DNA of 64,000 nucleotides from Minisyncoccota bacterium (GCA_041660105.1 JBAZWZ010000001.1:64523-128522), one strand, 5' to 3'; shown: positions 9,404 through 20,147, counted from the first letter of the stretch. The notes: generated by a model from the letters alone, not told the origin. Numbers and translations: made by a program.

Positions 9404-9979
9404 ATGCACCAGCACAAGCTCACCATCACCGACCGTATCCTTGCGAAAACGCTTTTGCGCCTTATTCCCCACTCCATTACGCCCAACTCCGTATCATGGG
9501 CGAGACTTCTCAGTGTTCCATTTATTGGATATTTCCTCTGGGTTGAGGATTATTCGGTTGCTCTCCCCCTCTTTTTCTTGTCTGCATTTTCTGATGCTGT
9601 TGATGGATCCCTCGCGCGCACCCGCAATCTCGTAACATCGTTTGGAAAGATGTTTGACCCACTCGCCGACAAGCTTCTCATTGCGACCGCAGTGATTATA
9701 TTTGTGCCAAAGTTCTTGGATTGGGGTATCGTACTTGCTATTGTGATCATCGACCTCATCCTCATCTCGAGCGCATATGTGCAGAGACGTTACTATGGCA
9801 AAACTATCCAAGCCGAAAACACAGGCAAGATTAAAATGGTATTACAGTCTCTCGGTGTTGGGGCGCTCCTTGTTCACGCACTCTTGGGAATCACGTTCTT
9901 TCTCGTTTTTGCGCACTGGCTTTTCTTTGCGGCAATTTTCTTTGCCCTCTTTTCGCTCGTAGTATATCGTGCAGTATAG
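9404..9979 (+). CDS. pgsA: CDP-alcohol phosphatidyltransferase (PgsA-like)
   Basis: It has the full D-G-x2-A-R-x8-G-x3-D-x3-D motif (DAVDGSLARTRNLVTSFGKMFDPLADK). It is a polytopic membrane protein. Confidence 0.8.
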   Translation: MHQHKLTITDRILAKTLLRLIPHSITPNSVSWARLLSVPFIGYFLWVEDYSVALPLFFLSAFSDAVDGSLARTRNLVTSFGKMFDPLADKLLIATAVIIFVPKFLDWGIVLAIVIIDLILISSAYVQRRYYGKTIQAENTGKIKMVLQSLGVGALLVHALLGITFFLVFAHWLFFAAIFFALFSLVVYRAV

Positions 9980-10012
9980 TCTCTCAATATTTTTACCCTT
10001 TCACTTCTCTCA

Positions 10013-10064
10013 ATTCACTATCTACTTATAGCGTACTATAGTATCATATAAGTAGATAGCTGAG
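10013..10064. repeat. Nested palindrome between pgsA and the M3 peptidase gene
   Basis: ctatctacttata … tataagtagatag forms 13-bp arms around a palindromic spacer, gtactatagta. Confidence 0.45.
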
Positions 10065-10116
10065 CAGAAGAATATTTTCTCTTACTTTTTCGTTAGTACT
10101 TCGGTATAATGCAGAA

Positions 10117-12138
10117 ATGAAAACGAAACGAACACCCTACACCCCAAAGGATTTTAATTGGACAAAGTGGACCGCCACGGAAATCAAAGCGCTTGTGCCG
10201 CAAATTATTTCTGAAAAGAAAGCGCGACTTGTAGCAATCAAGACCGAGAAGTTGCCCCGCAATTTTGAAAACACTATTTATGCGCTTGAGGCATCCAACT
10301 ATGGCACCGCAGACATCATTTCAAAAATTGATCTTCTTCAAAATGTCTCTCCAGAGAAATCAATTCGCGATGCAGCAAAAAAAGCAGTTGAGGATTTTGA
10401 AAAACAAATGATTCATATCGAGCGCGACCCAAAGATCTGGAATGCGGTCAAAGAGTACGAGCATGGTTTGTGGAAAAAAGAAAAGGTTCATCTTAGGGCG
10501 GAAGACAAAAAACTTTTTCGTGATACCTACCTCGCCTACAAGCGCATGGGGTTCGATCTCGTCCCAACGAAGCAAAAGCGAGTGAAGGAAATTGAAGAAC
10601 GACTCACAAAAGTTGGGAGCGACTTTCAAAGCAACATTACAAACTACAAAGACCACATCGTCGTAACAAAAGAAGAAGCCATAGGCCTCCCTGAGCGCTA
10701 CCTATCTGGCCTTAAACAAGATAAAAAAGGCAATTATATTGTATCACTTGATTATCCTGACCTTGTCCCCTTTATGGAGCTCTGTCCAAATGAAGCAAAA
10801 CGAAAAGAGATTGGTGGCAAGAATTTACAAAAGGGAGGATTGAAAAACATGAAGGTTCTTAATGAGATGCTCAAGCTACGAGCAGAGCGTGCGTCACTTC
10901 TCGGATACAAACATCACGCTGACTATCAAACAGAACTTCGTATGGCAAAAAACGGGAAAGCAGCGTTTGATTTTGAACTTAACCTTTTAAGTAAAGTTTC
11001 AAAAAGTGGGAAGAGCGATCTCGATGAACTTCGCGAACTTAAACGTGAACTAACCAAAAATCCTAAAGCGGAAATATTTTCTCACGACGTCGCATATTAC
11101 GGCAACGAACTTCAGAAACGCCGCTTTAATTTCAGTAACGAGGAAATGCGCGAGTACTTCCCTATTGAGCGCGCACTTAGCGGTGCGTTCAATATTTACG
11201 CAACACTCTTTGGTGTAAAATTTGAAAAACAAAGCGGATTCCCTCTTTGGCATTCTGACGCAGAACTCTACGCAGTAAAAACTGCAAAAGGCGATATTGT
11301 TTCCTATTTTGCAATCGACCTCTATCCTCGCGAAGGAAAGCGTGGACATGCATCGGCGCATGGCGTTATTGACGGACACTGGAATACTTTTGTCGGTGGC
11401 AACTATTCAGTCCCCTTTGCAACTATTATTTGCAACTTTACAAAACCAACAGAAAAGACTCCTTCTCTCCTCTCTCATGGCGAGGTTGAAACATTTCTCC
11501 ATGAGTTTGGGCATATCATGCACTTCACACTCACAACTGCGCACTACGCATCACAAGCAGGATACAACACCGCATGGGACTTTGTTGAAGCGCCTTCGCA
11601 GATGCTTGAACACTGGGCATGGAACAAAAAATCTCTTGCACTTATGTCCTCCCACTACAAAACAGGAAAACCAATTCCAGAAAAACTTTTGAAAAATCTT
11701 ATCGCGAGCGAGGACCACTTGCTCCGTTACTCGACTCTACGTCAGCTTATTTTTGGAGTATTTGATCTGACCCTTCACACCTCAAAGAAAAAACTTGAGC
11801 CAGCGAAACTCTATCGTGATATGGTGAAAAAGTATACGGGGATGACATTGCCAAAAGACGCCATCTTCCCTGCTGGGTTCGGACATCTTAATGATTATGG
11901 GGCAGGATACTACAGCTACCTCTGGTCAAAGGTCTACGCCGCAGATATGTTTACCAGATTTGAGAAGGAAGGAATTTTGAACAAAAAAACTGGGGATGTT
12001 TACAAAAAATGGATTCTTGAAAAGGGTGGCAGCATGGAAGAAATGGAGCTCGTAAAAGGTTTTCTTGGTCGCAAACCATCGAATAAGGCGTTTCTGAAAG
12101 AGATTGGCATTGGCAAGTCCAAAAGTCGAAAGTCTTAA
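10117..12138 (+). CDS. M3-family oligoendopeptidase (thimet/oligopeptidase A-like)
   Basis: 673 aa with the HEFGH zinc motif (FLHEFGHIMHF). Confidence 0.85.
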   Translation: MKTKRTPYTPKDFNWTKWTATEIKALVPQIISEKKARLVAIKTEKLPRNFENTIYALEASNYGTADIISKIDLLQNVSPEKSIRDAAKKAVEDFEKQMIHIERDPKIWNAVKEYEHGLWKKEKVHLRAEDKKLFRDTYLAYKRMGFDLVPTKQKRVKEIEERLTKVGSDFQSNITNYKDHIVVTKEEAIGLPERYLSGLKQDKKGNYIVSLDYPDLVPFMELCPNEAKRKEIGGKNLQKGGLKNMKVLNEMLKLRAERASLLGYKHHADYQTELRMAKNGKAAFDFELNLLSKVSKSGKSDLDELRELKRELTKNPKAEIFSHDVAYYGNELQKRRFNFSNEEMREYFPIERALSGAFNIYATLFGVKFEKQSGFPLWHSDAELYAVKTAKGDIVSYFAIDLYPREGKRGHASAHGVIDGHWNTFVGGNYSVPFATIICNFTKPTEKTPSLLSHGEVETFLHEFGHIMHFTLTTAHYASQAGYNTAWDFVEAPSQMLEHWAWNKKSLALMSSHYKTGKPIPEKLLKNLIASEDHLLRYSTLRQLIFGVFDLTLHTSKKKLEPAKLYRDMVKKYTGMTLPKDAIFPAGFGHLNDYGAGYYSYLWSKVYAADMFTRFEKEGILNKKTGDVYKKWILEKGGSMEEMELVKGFLGRKPSNKAFLKEIGIGKSKSRKS

Positions 12139-12154
12139 GGTCAAAATGGGGTGC

Positions 12155-12189
12155 AGGGGTGAAGCGCGATGCGCTTCACCCCTGTTTCT
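12155..12189 (+). terminator. Intrinsic terminator
   Basis: ggggtgaagcgcgatgcgcttcacccc followed by tgtttct. Confidence 0.6.
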
Positions 12190-12208
12190 ATGGTAAAATC
12201 AAATAGTT

Positions 12209-14389
12209 ATGGCAGTCAAGAAACCCACTGAATCAATCCTCACCACCACTCCCCTTGCGGATATTTTTCGTCTTACTGATCCTCAGAAGAAGGGGCTCTC
12301 AAAAATCGGCGTCAACACTATATACGACCTTCTCTATTATTTCCCCACACGCTACACGAACACAGCGGAGATCAAACACATTACCAATCTCACCAAGGGC
12401 GAGGATGCAACCATCTATGGTCGTGTCGTTTCTTCAAAAACTTCAAAGGGTTTCCGCTCCAAGATTCCTATGACTGAAGCGGTTATTGAGGACAGCACTG
12501 GACACATCAAGTGTGTTTGGTTCCATCAGGCGTACATTTCCAAAATGCTGATTGAAGGAAGTATGGTCAAACTCTCGGGTCACGTCGAAGAAAGAAGTGG
12601 GGCTCTCTACCTTGCCAACCCTGACCTAGCACGCACCAAGGAGCTTCCGATGAACGCAAGCGATTCTCTTTTTCAGAGCGAGGGGGAAACTATTTTTTAT
12701 CCTGTGTACCCAGAAACCAAGGGTATCACCTCACGATTTATCTATCATCATATTCAAAAATTATTTAGCAAGGGGGTGCTCGAAAATATTGTCGATGCGA
12801 TTCCTGCGGACATCCTCGCTCGCTATCACCTCCCCACACTGACGACGTCACTTGTATGGATACACACTCCACAAAAAGAGGCTGATGCATTGTCTGCGCG
12901 TAAGCGTTTTGCTTTTGAGGAAGTGTTTATGATTCAACTCGCACGACAGCAGGAACGTGCACTTACGAAAGAGCACAGCGGTTTCAAAATTGTTCCTGAG
13001 AAGGAATCCCTTGCAAAGTTTACTGCGCGCTTCCCCTTCAAACCAACTGCTTCGCAAGAGCATGCACTCAAAGATATTTTTGCAGATTTTAAAAAAGGGA
13101 TTCCGATGGGTCGCCTCCTCGAAGGTGATGTTGGTTCGGGAAAAACATTTGTCGCAGCAACGGCTGCGTATGCGACCGTGACTACCGCACCGCTCGATAA
13201 TAAATTTGGGAATCTTCAGGTTGCCTACATGGCACCAACCGAAATCCTCGCTGAACAACATTTCCAAAGTTTTATCGAGTACTTCAAAGATACTCCAATA
13301 GAAATAGGCCTCCTTACAGGCAGTGGCGCAAAAAAGTTTCCTTCCAAGTCTGACCCAAGTGGAGCAACGTCAGTATCTCGCGCACAGCTTCTCAAGTGGG
13401 TCGCTGAAGGCAAGCTCCCTATTCTTATCGGCACCCATGCACTCATTCAAAAAAGTGTGCAGTTTAAGAATCTTGGACTCGCTATTGTGGACGAGCAACA
13501 CAAATTCGGGACACTACAAAGAGGCAAACTTGCGAAGAAAGATGAGGTACTGCCGCATTTTCTCTCGATGACAGCGACACCAATCCCTCGCACACTCGCA
13601 CTCACTATCTATGGCAACCTCGACCTCACCCTTCTCGATGAGATGCCTGTGGGGCGTCTGCCGATTAAGACAGAGCTCATCACCAAAGCAAATCGCTCAA
13701 GAATGGAGGAACATATTCGTGCCGAAATAAATAACGGTCACCAAGCGTATGTCATTTGCCCACGCATTGATGAACCAGACCCAACCAAAGAGGCAGCGCT
13801 CAATGCGAAGTCAGTAACAGCAGAGGCAGAGCGCATAGCAACCGATGTGTTCCCTGAGTTTAACGTTGGCATCCTCCACGGCAAAATGAAACCCGATGAA
13901 AAAGAATGGGTTATGGATGAATTTAAAAAAGGTGCAATCAATATTCTTGTCGCGACGTCAGTCATCGAAGTCGGCGTAAATGTTCCCAATGCAACCATCA
14001 TCGTGATTGAAGGAGCGGAACGTTTTGGACTCTCGCAACTCCATCAACTTCGTGGACGAGTCATCCGTAGCAATCATCAATCGTATTGCTATGTGCTCAC
14101 CGATAGCACAAGTGAAGTTTCGCAGAAGCGCCTCAAAGCACTCACCACAGCGAAGAATGGTTTCGAGCTCTCAGAGCTCGACCTCACCCTCCGTGGCGCA
14201 GGCGAACTCTCGGGACGCAAACAATGGGGCATCTCCGACCTTGGCATGGAAGCAATCAAAAATATTAAAATGGTTGAAGCCGCGCGCACAGAAGCAGCAC
14301 GTCTCATCGCAGAAGATTCATCTCTTGCAAGCTATCCCCTCCTTCTCGACACAATTCTAAAAAACCACCGCGATACGCACTGGGAGTAA
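12209..14389 (+). CDS. recG: ATP-dependent DNA helicase RecG
   Basis: 726 aa with an OB/wedge N-terminus, GDVGSGKT, DEQHKFG, TATPIPRTLA and QLHQLRGRV. Confidence 0.9.
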   Translation: MAVKKPTESILTTTPLADIFRLTDPQKKGLSKIGVNTIYDLLYYFPTRYTNTAEIKHITNLTKGEDATIYGRVVSSKTSKGFRSKIPMTEAVIEDSTGHIKCVWFHQAYISKMLIEGSMVKLSGHVEERSGALYLANPDLARTKELPMNASDSLFQSEGETIFYPVYPETKGITSRFIYHHIQKLFSKGVLENIVDAIPADILARYHLPTLTTSLVWIHTPQKEADALSARKRFAFEEVFMIQLARQQERALTKEHSGFKIVPEKESLAKFTARFPFKPTASQEHALKDIFADFKKGIPMGRLLEGDVGSGKTFVAATAAYATVTTAPLDNKFGNLQVAYMAPTEILAEQHFQSFIEYFKDTPIEIGLLTGSGAKKFPSKSDPSGATSVSRAQLLKWVAEGKLPILIGTHALIQKSVQFKNLGLAIVDEQHKFGTLQRGKLAKKDEVLPHFLSMTATPIPRTLALTIYGNLDLTLLDEMPVGRLPIKTELITKANRSRMEEHIRAEINNGHQAYVICPRIDEPDPTKEAALNAKSVTAEAERIATDVFPEFNVGILHGKMKPDEKEWVMDEFKKGAINILVATSVIEVGVNVPNATIIVIEGAERFGLSQLHQLRGRVIRSNHQSYCYVLTDSTSEVSQKRLKALTTAKNGFELSELDLTLRGAGELSGRKQWGISDLGMEAIKNIKMVEAARTEAARLIAEDSSLASYPLLLDTILKNHRDTHWE

Positions 14390-14566
14390 AGGTCACTCGC
14401 TAAATTCTTTTTATGGTACGGATTTTTTGAAGCTTAAAAAATCCTGAAATACTCGTGTCGACACACTCGTAACCCCACAAAAAGCAACTCAGCTCGCTTT
14501 GAGTTAGGGCACAAAATGCAGATAAAAAAACAGGCGACTTTTGGTCGCCTGTATATATTCCACAGC

Positions 14567-15097
14567 TCAAATTGCTTTAGCATCGATAAGTGCCATGAGC
14601 GCCTTGGTGGTTGGTTCATCGATCAATTTATAGTTTCGCCCAAGTCGTCCGTTCAACGTGACATTTTTGTGCACGCCTGGGCGATATCCGATTTCTGGAT
14701 TTATTAATTGAGCTATCTCAAATGTAATCGGGAGAGCAAAATCAACGAGCCGCGTTTGCTTCATGTCGGCATGGACTATCGGACTTTCTTCTTCCCCTGA
14801 TTTGCGCAGAACAGAGAAGTAACCGATGAGGTACTGATTCCCTCGCCATAACGTCCTAAAGAAAAGCACGTCTCTTAGTTGAATCGCCTTCCGAAGACCG
14901 CGATGACAACGACCGTACGTCCCCTCATCAAAATTTGGATCCTTCTTGATGTAATAATCTCGCTCAAGAATTTCATCCGCGCGGAGAAGTCGACGAATCG
15001 GCTCATCGGTTTTTTTGCCATTTCTTATTCGCAAAACACCCCGCTGAAATGTCTCTTGTGTCCAGTCACTGAAACAGTACGTCACAAAGCCTTTCAT
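14567..15097 (-). CDS. Hypothetical protein
   Basis: 176 aa with no recognised motif. Confidence 0.35.
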   Translation of the reverse strand: MKGFVTYCFSDWTQETFQRGVLRIRNGKKTDEPIRRLLRADEILERDYYIKKDPNFDEGTYGRCHRGLRKAIQLRDVLFFRTLWRGNQYLIGYFSVLRKSGEEESPIVHADMKQTRLVDFALPITFEIAQLINPEIGYRPGVHKNVTLNGRLGRNYKLIDEPTTKALMALIDAKAI

Positions 15098-15222
15098 TGT
15101 TCACCTCCAATAATAGAAAGAATCTTCCCCCATACTAGCTTAGTTTGAATTTTAATCAAGTCAGCAAGCCACACTAATGCTCTCGTTTGGGACAAATGAG
15201 AAAGCGGCAAAATCTGCCGCTT

Positions 15223-15627
15223 TTATACAACACACACCCAAAGGTTGAGCATTCTCTTTCTCCCTTGCTCTTTAGAAATGAGTGAAAAACCGATGTGTTC
15301 GTAAAACAAATTTGATGCATTATCCACAGGACACTTCAACTGAATTGGTTTTGATATTCGTGACAAGAGAAGTTTCCCAATACCTTCGTATCTAAAATCA
15401 CCTCTTACGCAAATATCGTACACAGTGTTCCATTCGTCACGACGATGATGCCACCTGACGAACCCAACAACCTCACCGTCATCCTTGCATGCCACAAACA
15501 GTTCGCCACTTTGTATGGATTCCACAAAAATGGGTCTCACAATGAAGCCAATCTCCTTTTTGTGGGCATCAGCAATTCTCTTTATTGTGGGCAAATCTTC
15601 AATGCAACCAAAGCGCACGTTGAACAT
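15223..15627 (-). CDS. GNAT-family N-acetyltransferase
   Basis: The acetyl-CoA binding region resembles VVGFVRWHHRRDEWNTVYDICVRGDFRYEGIGKLLL. Confidence 0.7.
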   Translation of the reverse strand: MFNVRFGCIEDLPTIKRIADAHKKEIGFIVRPIFVESIQSGELFVACKDDGEVVGFVRWHHRRDEWNTVYDICVRGDFRYEGIGKLLLSRISKPIQLKCPVDNASNLFYEHIGFSLISKEQGRKRMLNLWVCVV

Positions 15628-15722
15628 TTTGCTTCTCCTTTAGTCTCAAATCTTTCCTCATCCTATGCTAATTTTGCACAAAATCAAGCCCAAACAAAAA
15701 CCAAGATATTTGATGTTTACTG

Positions 15723-15796
15723 TCCGTCCACCAGGACTCGAACCTGGGACCGCGGAGATATAAGCTCCGTGCTCTAACCAACTGAGCTATGGACGG
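15723..15796 (-). tRNA. tRNA-Ile with anticodon UAU (reads AUA)
   Basis: The reverse complement is CCGTCCATAGCTCAGTTGGTTAGAGCACGGAGCTTATATCTCCGCGGTCCCAGGTTCGAGTCCTGGTGGACGGA. All four stems are canonical. The anticodon loop is C-T-TAT-A-T. Confidence 0.7.
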
Positions 15797-16033
15797 ACAC
15801 TAAACACCAACCCTCATTCTCTTGAAATTATATGATTACATATAACGACAGCATTCGGACGTCGTGTGAGAGGTTACTCTCCCACACGCTCCTCATTTGT
15901 CGTTATAAGCTCCGTGGTTCATTTAGCAAAATGACCTACGGGCAAAGCACCAACTGACCATATATTTTGCTAGCCATCATAGTATACCAAAATTACCAAA
16001 ACTAAAACCCCCTGAACAGCACCATTATTATTG

Positions 16034-16042
16034 TGATATAAT
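16034..16042 (+). promoter_or_regulatory. Extended -10 (TGaTATAAT) 7 nt upstream of the GTG start of the VanY-like gene
   Basis: ttgTGaTATAATacccttGTG. An in-frame TGA at 16034 precludes an upstream start. Confidence 0.35.
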
Positions 16043-16048
16043 ACCCTT

Positions 16049-16978
16049 GTGGAACCAACGACATCTCACAAAAGTACAATTATTATCGCGATAATCGCGA
16101 CTTTTGTCGTGGCAGGGGTCGGGTATGCTGGGTATTGGGGTTATCAAAAGTATTCAACTCTTGAACAAGCAAAAAACTCTCTGCAAGCAGAACTTGAGAA
16201 AACCAAACGGGAGTATGCATCTACTACGGAGCAACTTCAAAATGATCTTGGAGTGGCAAAAGAATATATTGTCTCGACACAGACAGCGCGTGTAAACGCC
16301 GAGCAAGATGTCCAAAAAGGGCAAGAAGCTCTCGACGCAATGGCAAAGACGCTTGGCATTTACGAGAAACTCACTCAGACAGACCGCGAACTTCTCGCGA
16401 AATATTCTAAGGTGTATTTTTTGAGTGATACGTACAGCCCAAAACTTTCTGTTACAATCCCCCCTTCATACACCCTCGAGACACAAACGGAAAAATATTT
16501 TCTATCTGAAGCGTGGCCTTTTCTTCAGTCAATGCTTGGTGATGCAACAAAAGAAAATATTGATTTGAAAATTCTTTCTGCGTTTCGTTCGTTCGATACG
16601 CAAACCAAACTTAAAAATGCGTACACAGTCACATACGGATCGGGAGCAAATAAATTCTCCGCGGATCAGGGGTACTCAGAGCACCAGCTTGGTACCGCAA
16701 TAGACTTCACTACATCAAAGCTTGGCACAAAGTACACAACATTTGAAAAAACAGCGAGCTATACGTGGCTCGCTGCAAACGCTTACAAATACGGCTTCGT
16801 GCTTTCCTATCCTAAGAACAATTTGTATTATATTTTTGAGCCATGGCACTGGAGATTTGTCGGCAAAGCACTCGCGCTTAGGCTTCATAATGAAAACAAA
16901 AACTTCGTTGATCTCCCTCAGCGAGACATTAATGATTTCCTTATTTATATTTTTGACGGGAACCCAGTGATCAACTAG
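16049..16978 (+). CDS. Membrane-anchored M15 peptidase (VanY / D-Ala-D-Ala carboxypeptidase-like)
   Basis: It has an N-terminal TM and a coiled-coil. The C-terminus carries SAFRS…EHQLGTAIDF…EPWHW, an M15 His/Asp zinc-site pattern. Confidence 0.7.
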   Translation: MEPTTSHKSTIIIAIIATFVVAGVGYAGYWGYQKYSTLEQAKNSLQAELEKTKREYASTTEQLQNDLGVAKEYIVSTQTARVNAEQDVQKGQEALDAMAKTLGIYEKLTQTDRELLAKYSKVYFLSDTYSPKLSVTIPPSYTLETQTEKYFLSEAWPFLQSMLGDATKENIDLKILSAFRSFDTQTKLKNAYTVTYGSGANKFSADQGYSEHQLGTAIDFTTSKLGTKYTTFEKTASYTWLAANAYKYGFVLSYPKNNLYYIFEPWHWRFVGKALALRLHNENKNFVDLPQRDINDFLIYIFDGNPVIN

Positions 16979-16996
16979 AACGCTCAAGAAGAAATA

Positions 16997-17040
16997 AAGG
17001 ACCGCCCTTTGCAGCTGCAAAGGGCGGTCCTTTATTTCTT
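16997..17040. terminator. Bidirectional intrinsic terminator between convergent genes
   Basis: aaggaccgccctttgcagctgcaaagggcggtcctt followed by tatttcttctt. Confidence 0.75.
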
Positions 17041-17057
17041 CTTGAAGGGCGTGCCGA

Positions 17058-17456
17058 CTATGCCGCGAGAACCCCAAAGAACATTATCCACGTAAGAACC
17101 GCGGACGCTGTACACCAGAAACACCACGCTTTGATGACCTGCCACTGGAGAAAGGTAAAGTAAACTGACATTGCTGCCCCCATACCGAGGAGTACCCGCT
17201 CTCCGGCAATAATGAATGGTGACGTACATCCATTGATTACTGCTAGCTCAACAACAACTGCGGCAACATAGAAAATGAGCCCTAGAATATCATTTCCTAT
17301 TCCAAGTGTTTTGCTGTAAGGACTTTCCCATACCGTCTCACAGCTATGCCCAATAATGCACACGGGTGGCTTCTTCCTTATGTGTTGAATGCGCAGATAC
17401 CCCGTGATACCAATACCGAGAAACGCAGAGATTAAAACAATGATGTGTACGTCCAT
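17058..17456 (-). CDS. VKOR-family (vitamin K epoxide reductase-like) disulfide oxidoreductase membrane protein
   Basis: It has four TM segments, a loop Cys pair (CIIGHSC) and a CXXC (CFWC) at a TM start. Confidence 0.5.
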   Translation of the reverse strand: MDVHIIVLISAFLGIGITGYLRIQHIRKKPPVCIIGHSCETVWESPYSKTLGIGNDILGLIFYVAAVVVELAVINGCTSPFIIAGERVLLGMGAAMSVYFTFLQWQVIKAWCFWCTASAVLTWIMFFGVLAA

Positions 17457-17460
17457 AATA

Positions 17461-19449
17461 TTATGCGGTTATTTCTATATTCAACTTCTTTGGCATTATA
17501 CCATTTGCAATAAGAATTTTCTCGAACTCCTCGCGCTCAATAGATTCCTGAACAATGAGCTCGTTCGCAATAGCATCAAGCAGTTTGCGATGCTTGGTAC
17601 AAGCTTCGCGTGCTCGCGCAAATGCATCATTCATAATCTTTGAAACCTCAGCATCAATCTTCGCAGAAACATCTTCTGAGTAGTCGCGACTATCGACTCC
17701 TCGTCCACCAAAAAGTGCTCGTCCACCAGTCCCCTCGAGAGCGATAGGTCCGAGCTTCTCGGACATACCGTACTTCGTCACCATATCACGTGCGAGTGCT
17801 GTAGAAACCTGGAGGTCATTTGAAGGTCCTGTCGTCACATCACCAAAAATCATTTGCTCTGCAACGTACCCACCGAGAGACATTGCGATGTCATCGAGAA
17901 ATTCTCCACGAGTCTGGAGACGAGTTTCTTCGAGAGGTAGTTTCAATGTATATCCCCCTGCGTTACCGCGGGCAATAATAGAAATCTTGTGCACTGGGTC
18001 AGCGTGTGGAAGCACCGACGCAACGAGTGCATGCCCCGCCTCGTGATATGCAGTAACGCGCTTCTCCTCCTTTGAGAGGATATGGCTCTTGCGCTCGGGT
18101 CCCATCATCACCTTCTCAATGGAGCGAATGAAGTCAAACTGCGCCACCGTCTTCCTATCCTCACGCGCTGCGAGGATAGCGCCTTCGTTCATAAGAGAAA
18201 AGAGGTCAGCTCCCGAAAATCCCGGTGTACGCTCAGCAATCACTTTCAAATTTACATCTTCTGCGAGTGGCTTCTTGCGCGCATGAATATTCAAAATCTC
18301 CTCACGGCCTTCACGGTCAGGAAGCTCGAGGGTTACGCGACGATCGAAACGTCCCGGGCGAAGAAGTGCGGGGTCGAGAACATCAGGTCTGTTGGTCGCC
18401 GCCATCACAATCACCTTTTCCGTAGGCTCAAATCCATCCATCTCCACAAGTATCTGGTTCAAGGTCTGCTCACGCTCGTCGTTCCCTCCACCGACACCAC
18501 CACCGCGCACACGCCCCACGGCATCAATCTCATCAATAAAAATAATTGCAGGCGCTGCTTTCTTTGCCAACTTAAAAAGGTCGCGCACACGCGAAGCACC
18601 GACACCCACAAACATTTCTACGAACTCTGAACCAGAGAGATGAAAGAACGGCACCGCCGCCTCCCCTGCTACCGCGCGTGCGAGAAGAGTCTTGCCCGTA
18701 CCAGGTGCACCCATAAGAAGTACCCCCTTGGGAATACGCGCTCCGATATCAAGAAACTTTTTCGGGTTGCGGAGGAAATCCACAATCTCAACGAGCTCTT
18801 CCTTTGCTTCCTTTGCACCTGCAACATCTTTGAAAGTAACTTTCTGTGTCGTATCGTTGGGATCAATGATGCGCGCCTTGGATTGACCGAAGGAGAACGC
18901 TTGCATCCCCGCACCCTTGACCTGTCGTGAGAGCATCCAAAAGACCAACACGATAAGAATTATCGGAAGGAGGAACGGAAGCATATTGAGGAAGTAGTAA
19001 CCAAAACCGCTTTCGTTTTTTACCTCAACCTCGACTCCAGAAAGTTTCTCTGATGTCACGCCGTAGTTTACAAGCGTCTGAGAAAGTGATGACTCTACTT
19101 CCTTCTTTGAAGTCTTCTTCGAGCCATCGACATACTCTGCGTCGATAGCCTCACCCGACACAACAATCTTCTTCACGGCTCCCGCAGTAATATCTTGTGC
19201 AATAGTTGAGACAGGAACTTCGGTTGCCTTTTTGTCACTTCCTACAATCGTCGAGTAGAGTGTCGAAATAATAAGGAACACGAGCACTGCTGTGACGAAG
19301 TTTGAGAAAAACTGCCCCGCGGGTGGCATCTTGGGAAGACCAGGAATCTGCCCTTTCTTTCCCCTCGCCTTTTCTCCCGCCTTCTCCCCTTTTTCTTTAT
19401 TCATCTTTTTGTTTTTGAAACTTTGCATAATAGTGCAAGTATACCACAA
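17461..19449 (-). CDS. ftsH: ATP-dependent zinc metalloprotease FtsH
   Basis: AAA Walker A is [11 protein letters not shown]. The SRH region and the HEAGHA zinc motif are present. Confidence 0.9.
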   Translation of the reverse strand: MWYTCTIMQSFKNKKMNKEKGEKAGEKARGKKGQIPGLPKMPPAGQFFSNFVTAVLVFLIISTLYSTIVGSDKKATEVPVSTIAQDITAGAVKKIVVSGEAIDAEYVDGSKKTSKKEVESSLSQTLVNYGVTSEKLSGVEVEVKNESGFGYYFLNMLPFLLPIILIVLVFWMLSRQVKGAGMQAFSFGQSKARIIDPNDTTQKVTFKDVAGAKEAKEELVEIVDFLRNPKKFLDIGARIPKGVLLMGAPGTGKTLLARAVAGEAAVPFFHLSGSEFVEMFVGVGASRVRDLFKLAKKAAPAIIFIDEIDAVGRVRGGGVGGGNDEREQTLNQILVEMDGFEPTEKVIVMAATNRPDVLDPALLRPGRFDRRVTLELPDREGREEILNIHARKKPLAEDVNLKVIAERTPGFSGADLFSLMNEGAILAAREDRKTVAQFDFIRSIEKVMMGPERKSHILSKEEKRVTAYHEAGHALVASVLPHADPVHKISIIARGNAGGYTLKLPLEETRLQTRGEFLDDIAMSLGGYVAEQMIFGDVTTGPSNDLQVSTALARDMVTKYGMSEKLGPIALEGTGGRALFGGRGVDSRDYSEDVSAKIDAEVSKIMNDAFARAREACTKHRKLLDAIANELIVQESIEREEFEKILIANGIMPKKLNIEITA

Positions 19450-19505
19450 GGCCCCAACTCACAAAACAAAGGACCTGCGCGTTGTGCAGGTCCTTAACTC
19501 CAGTG

Positions 19506-19808
19506 TTATATTTCAGGGTATTGAGCAACGACACCACACTTGGGACACGATAATTCATTCCACAAGATTGGTCCAAACGAAACAACGCCAGAAAAATGCT
19601 CAAATTGTTGGAGGTAGAGCTTCTTCTTTTTGCAATGCGGGCACGTATCCCGTTCCCCAAAGATAGGGCGATGAGGTGCGCCACATTCGCAACCATCTTC
19701 ACCCTCTCTCATAATCGTCCTGAGCGATGGGGAGAACGGGAGTTTATTGATAAGAAACGTGACAGGGATTGCTGCTATTAGAGCCAATATGAAATTCACA
19801 AAACTCAT
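19506..19808 (-). CDS. Small membrane protein with Cys-rich zinc-ribbon-like motifs
   Basis: It has an N-terminal TM and the motifs CEC…CPHC…CPKC. Confidence 0.4.
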   Translation of the reverse strand: MSFVNFILALIAAIPVTFLINKLPFSPSLRTIMREGEDGCECGAPHRPIFGERDTCPHCKKKKLYLQQFEHFSGVVSFGPILWNELSCPKCGVVAQYPEI

Positions 19809-19890
19809 GATGTCCTCCTGTTCAAGGAACTACGGTTGAAATTATCTATATAAAAACTACTTCTTCTGGGACGTAAAGTCAACGAGCAGT

Positions 19891-19920
19891 AAAAAAGGCC
19901 GAGTGGAATGCTCGGCCTTT
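19891..19920 (-). terminator. Intrinsic terminator (minus-strand orientation)
   Basis: ggccgag tggaatg ctcggcc with an A-run on the plus strand (T-run on the minus strand). Confidence 0.6.
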
Positions 19921-19939
19921 CGTAACAACGTTGACGTCG

Positions 19940-20062
19940 TTACTTGTTCTTGCGGCAGTTGCTGTAAACGGCGCCTTTTGAAAAAAAGTACTTTGACGCC
20001 AGTGAGCAGAGCACAAGGGCGACAACGAGCGACAAAAACACAATTGGGTCATCCTGCCACAT
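19940..20062 (-). CDS. Small hydrophobic peptide (40 aa), paralog of 20189..20344
   Basis: It has a strong SD (GGAGGtttactATG). The product is MWQDDPIVFLSLVVALVLCSLASKYFF…. Its own terminator follows. Confidence 0.45.
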   Translation of the reverse strand: MWQDDPIVFLSLVVALVLCSLASKYFFSKGAVYSNCRKNK

Positions 20063-20147
20063 AGTAAACCTCCATGAGATGATGCAAGGGGAACAACTAC
20101 CCATAAGCCTACTCCTATTTAAAATACTGTCAACGAGAAACGAGACA

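Noticed and set aside
15906-15919. 13-nt match between an intergenic segment and the tRNA-Ile anticodon/D region.
   Set aside because: A few dozen exact 13-mer matches are expected by chance in 64 kb, and nothing else supports a tRNA fragment.
18082-18930. Several 60–180-aa plus-strand ORFs.
   Set aside because: They are antisense within ftsH.
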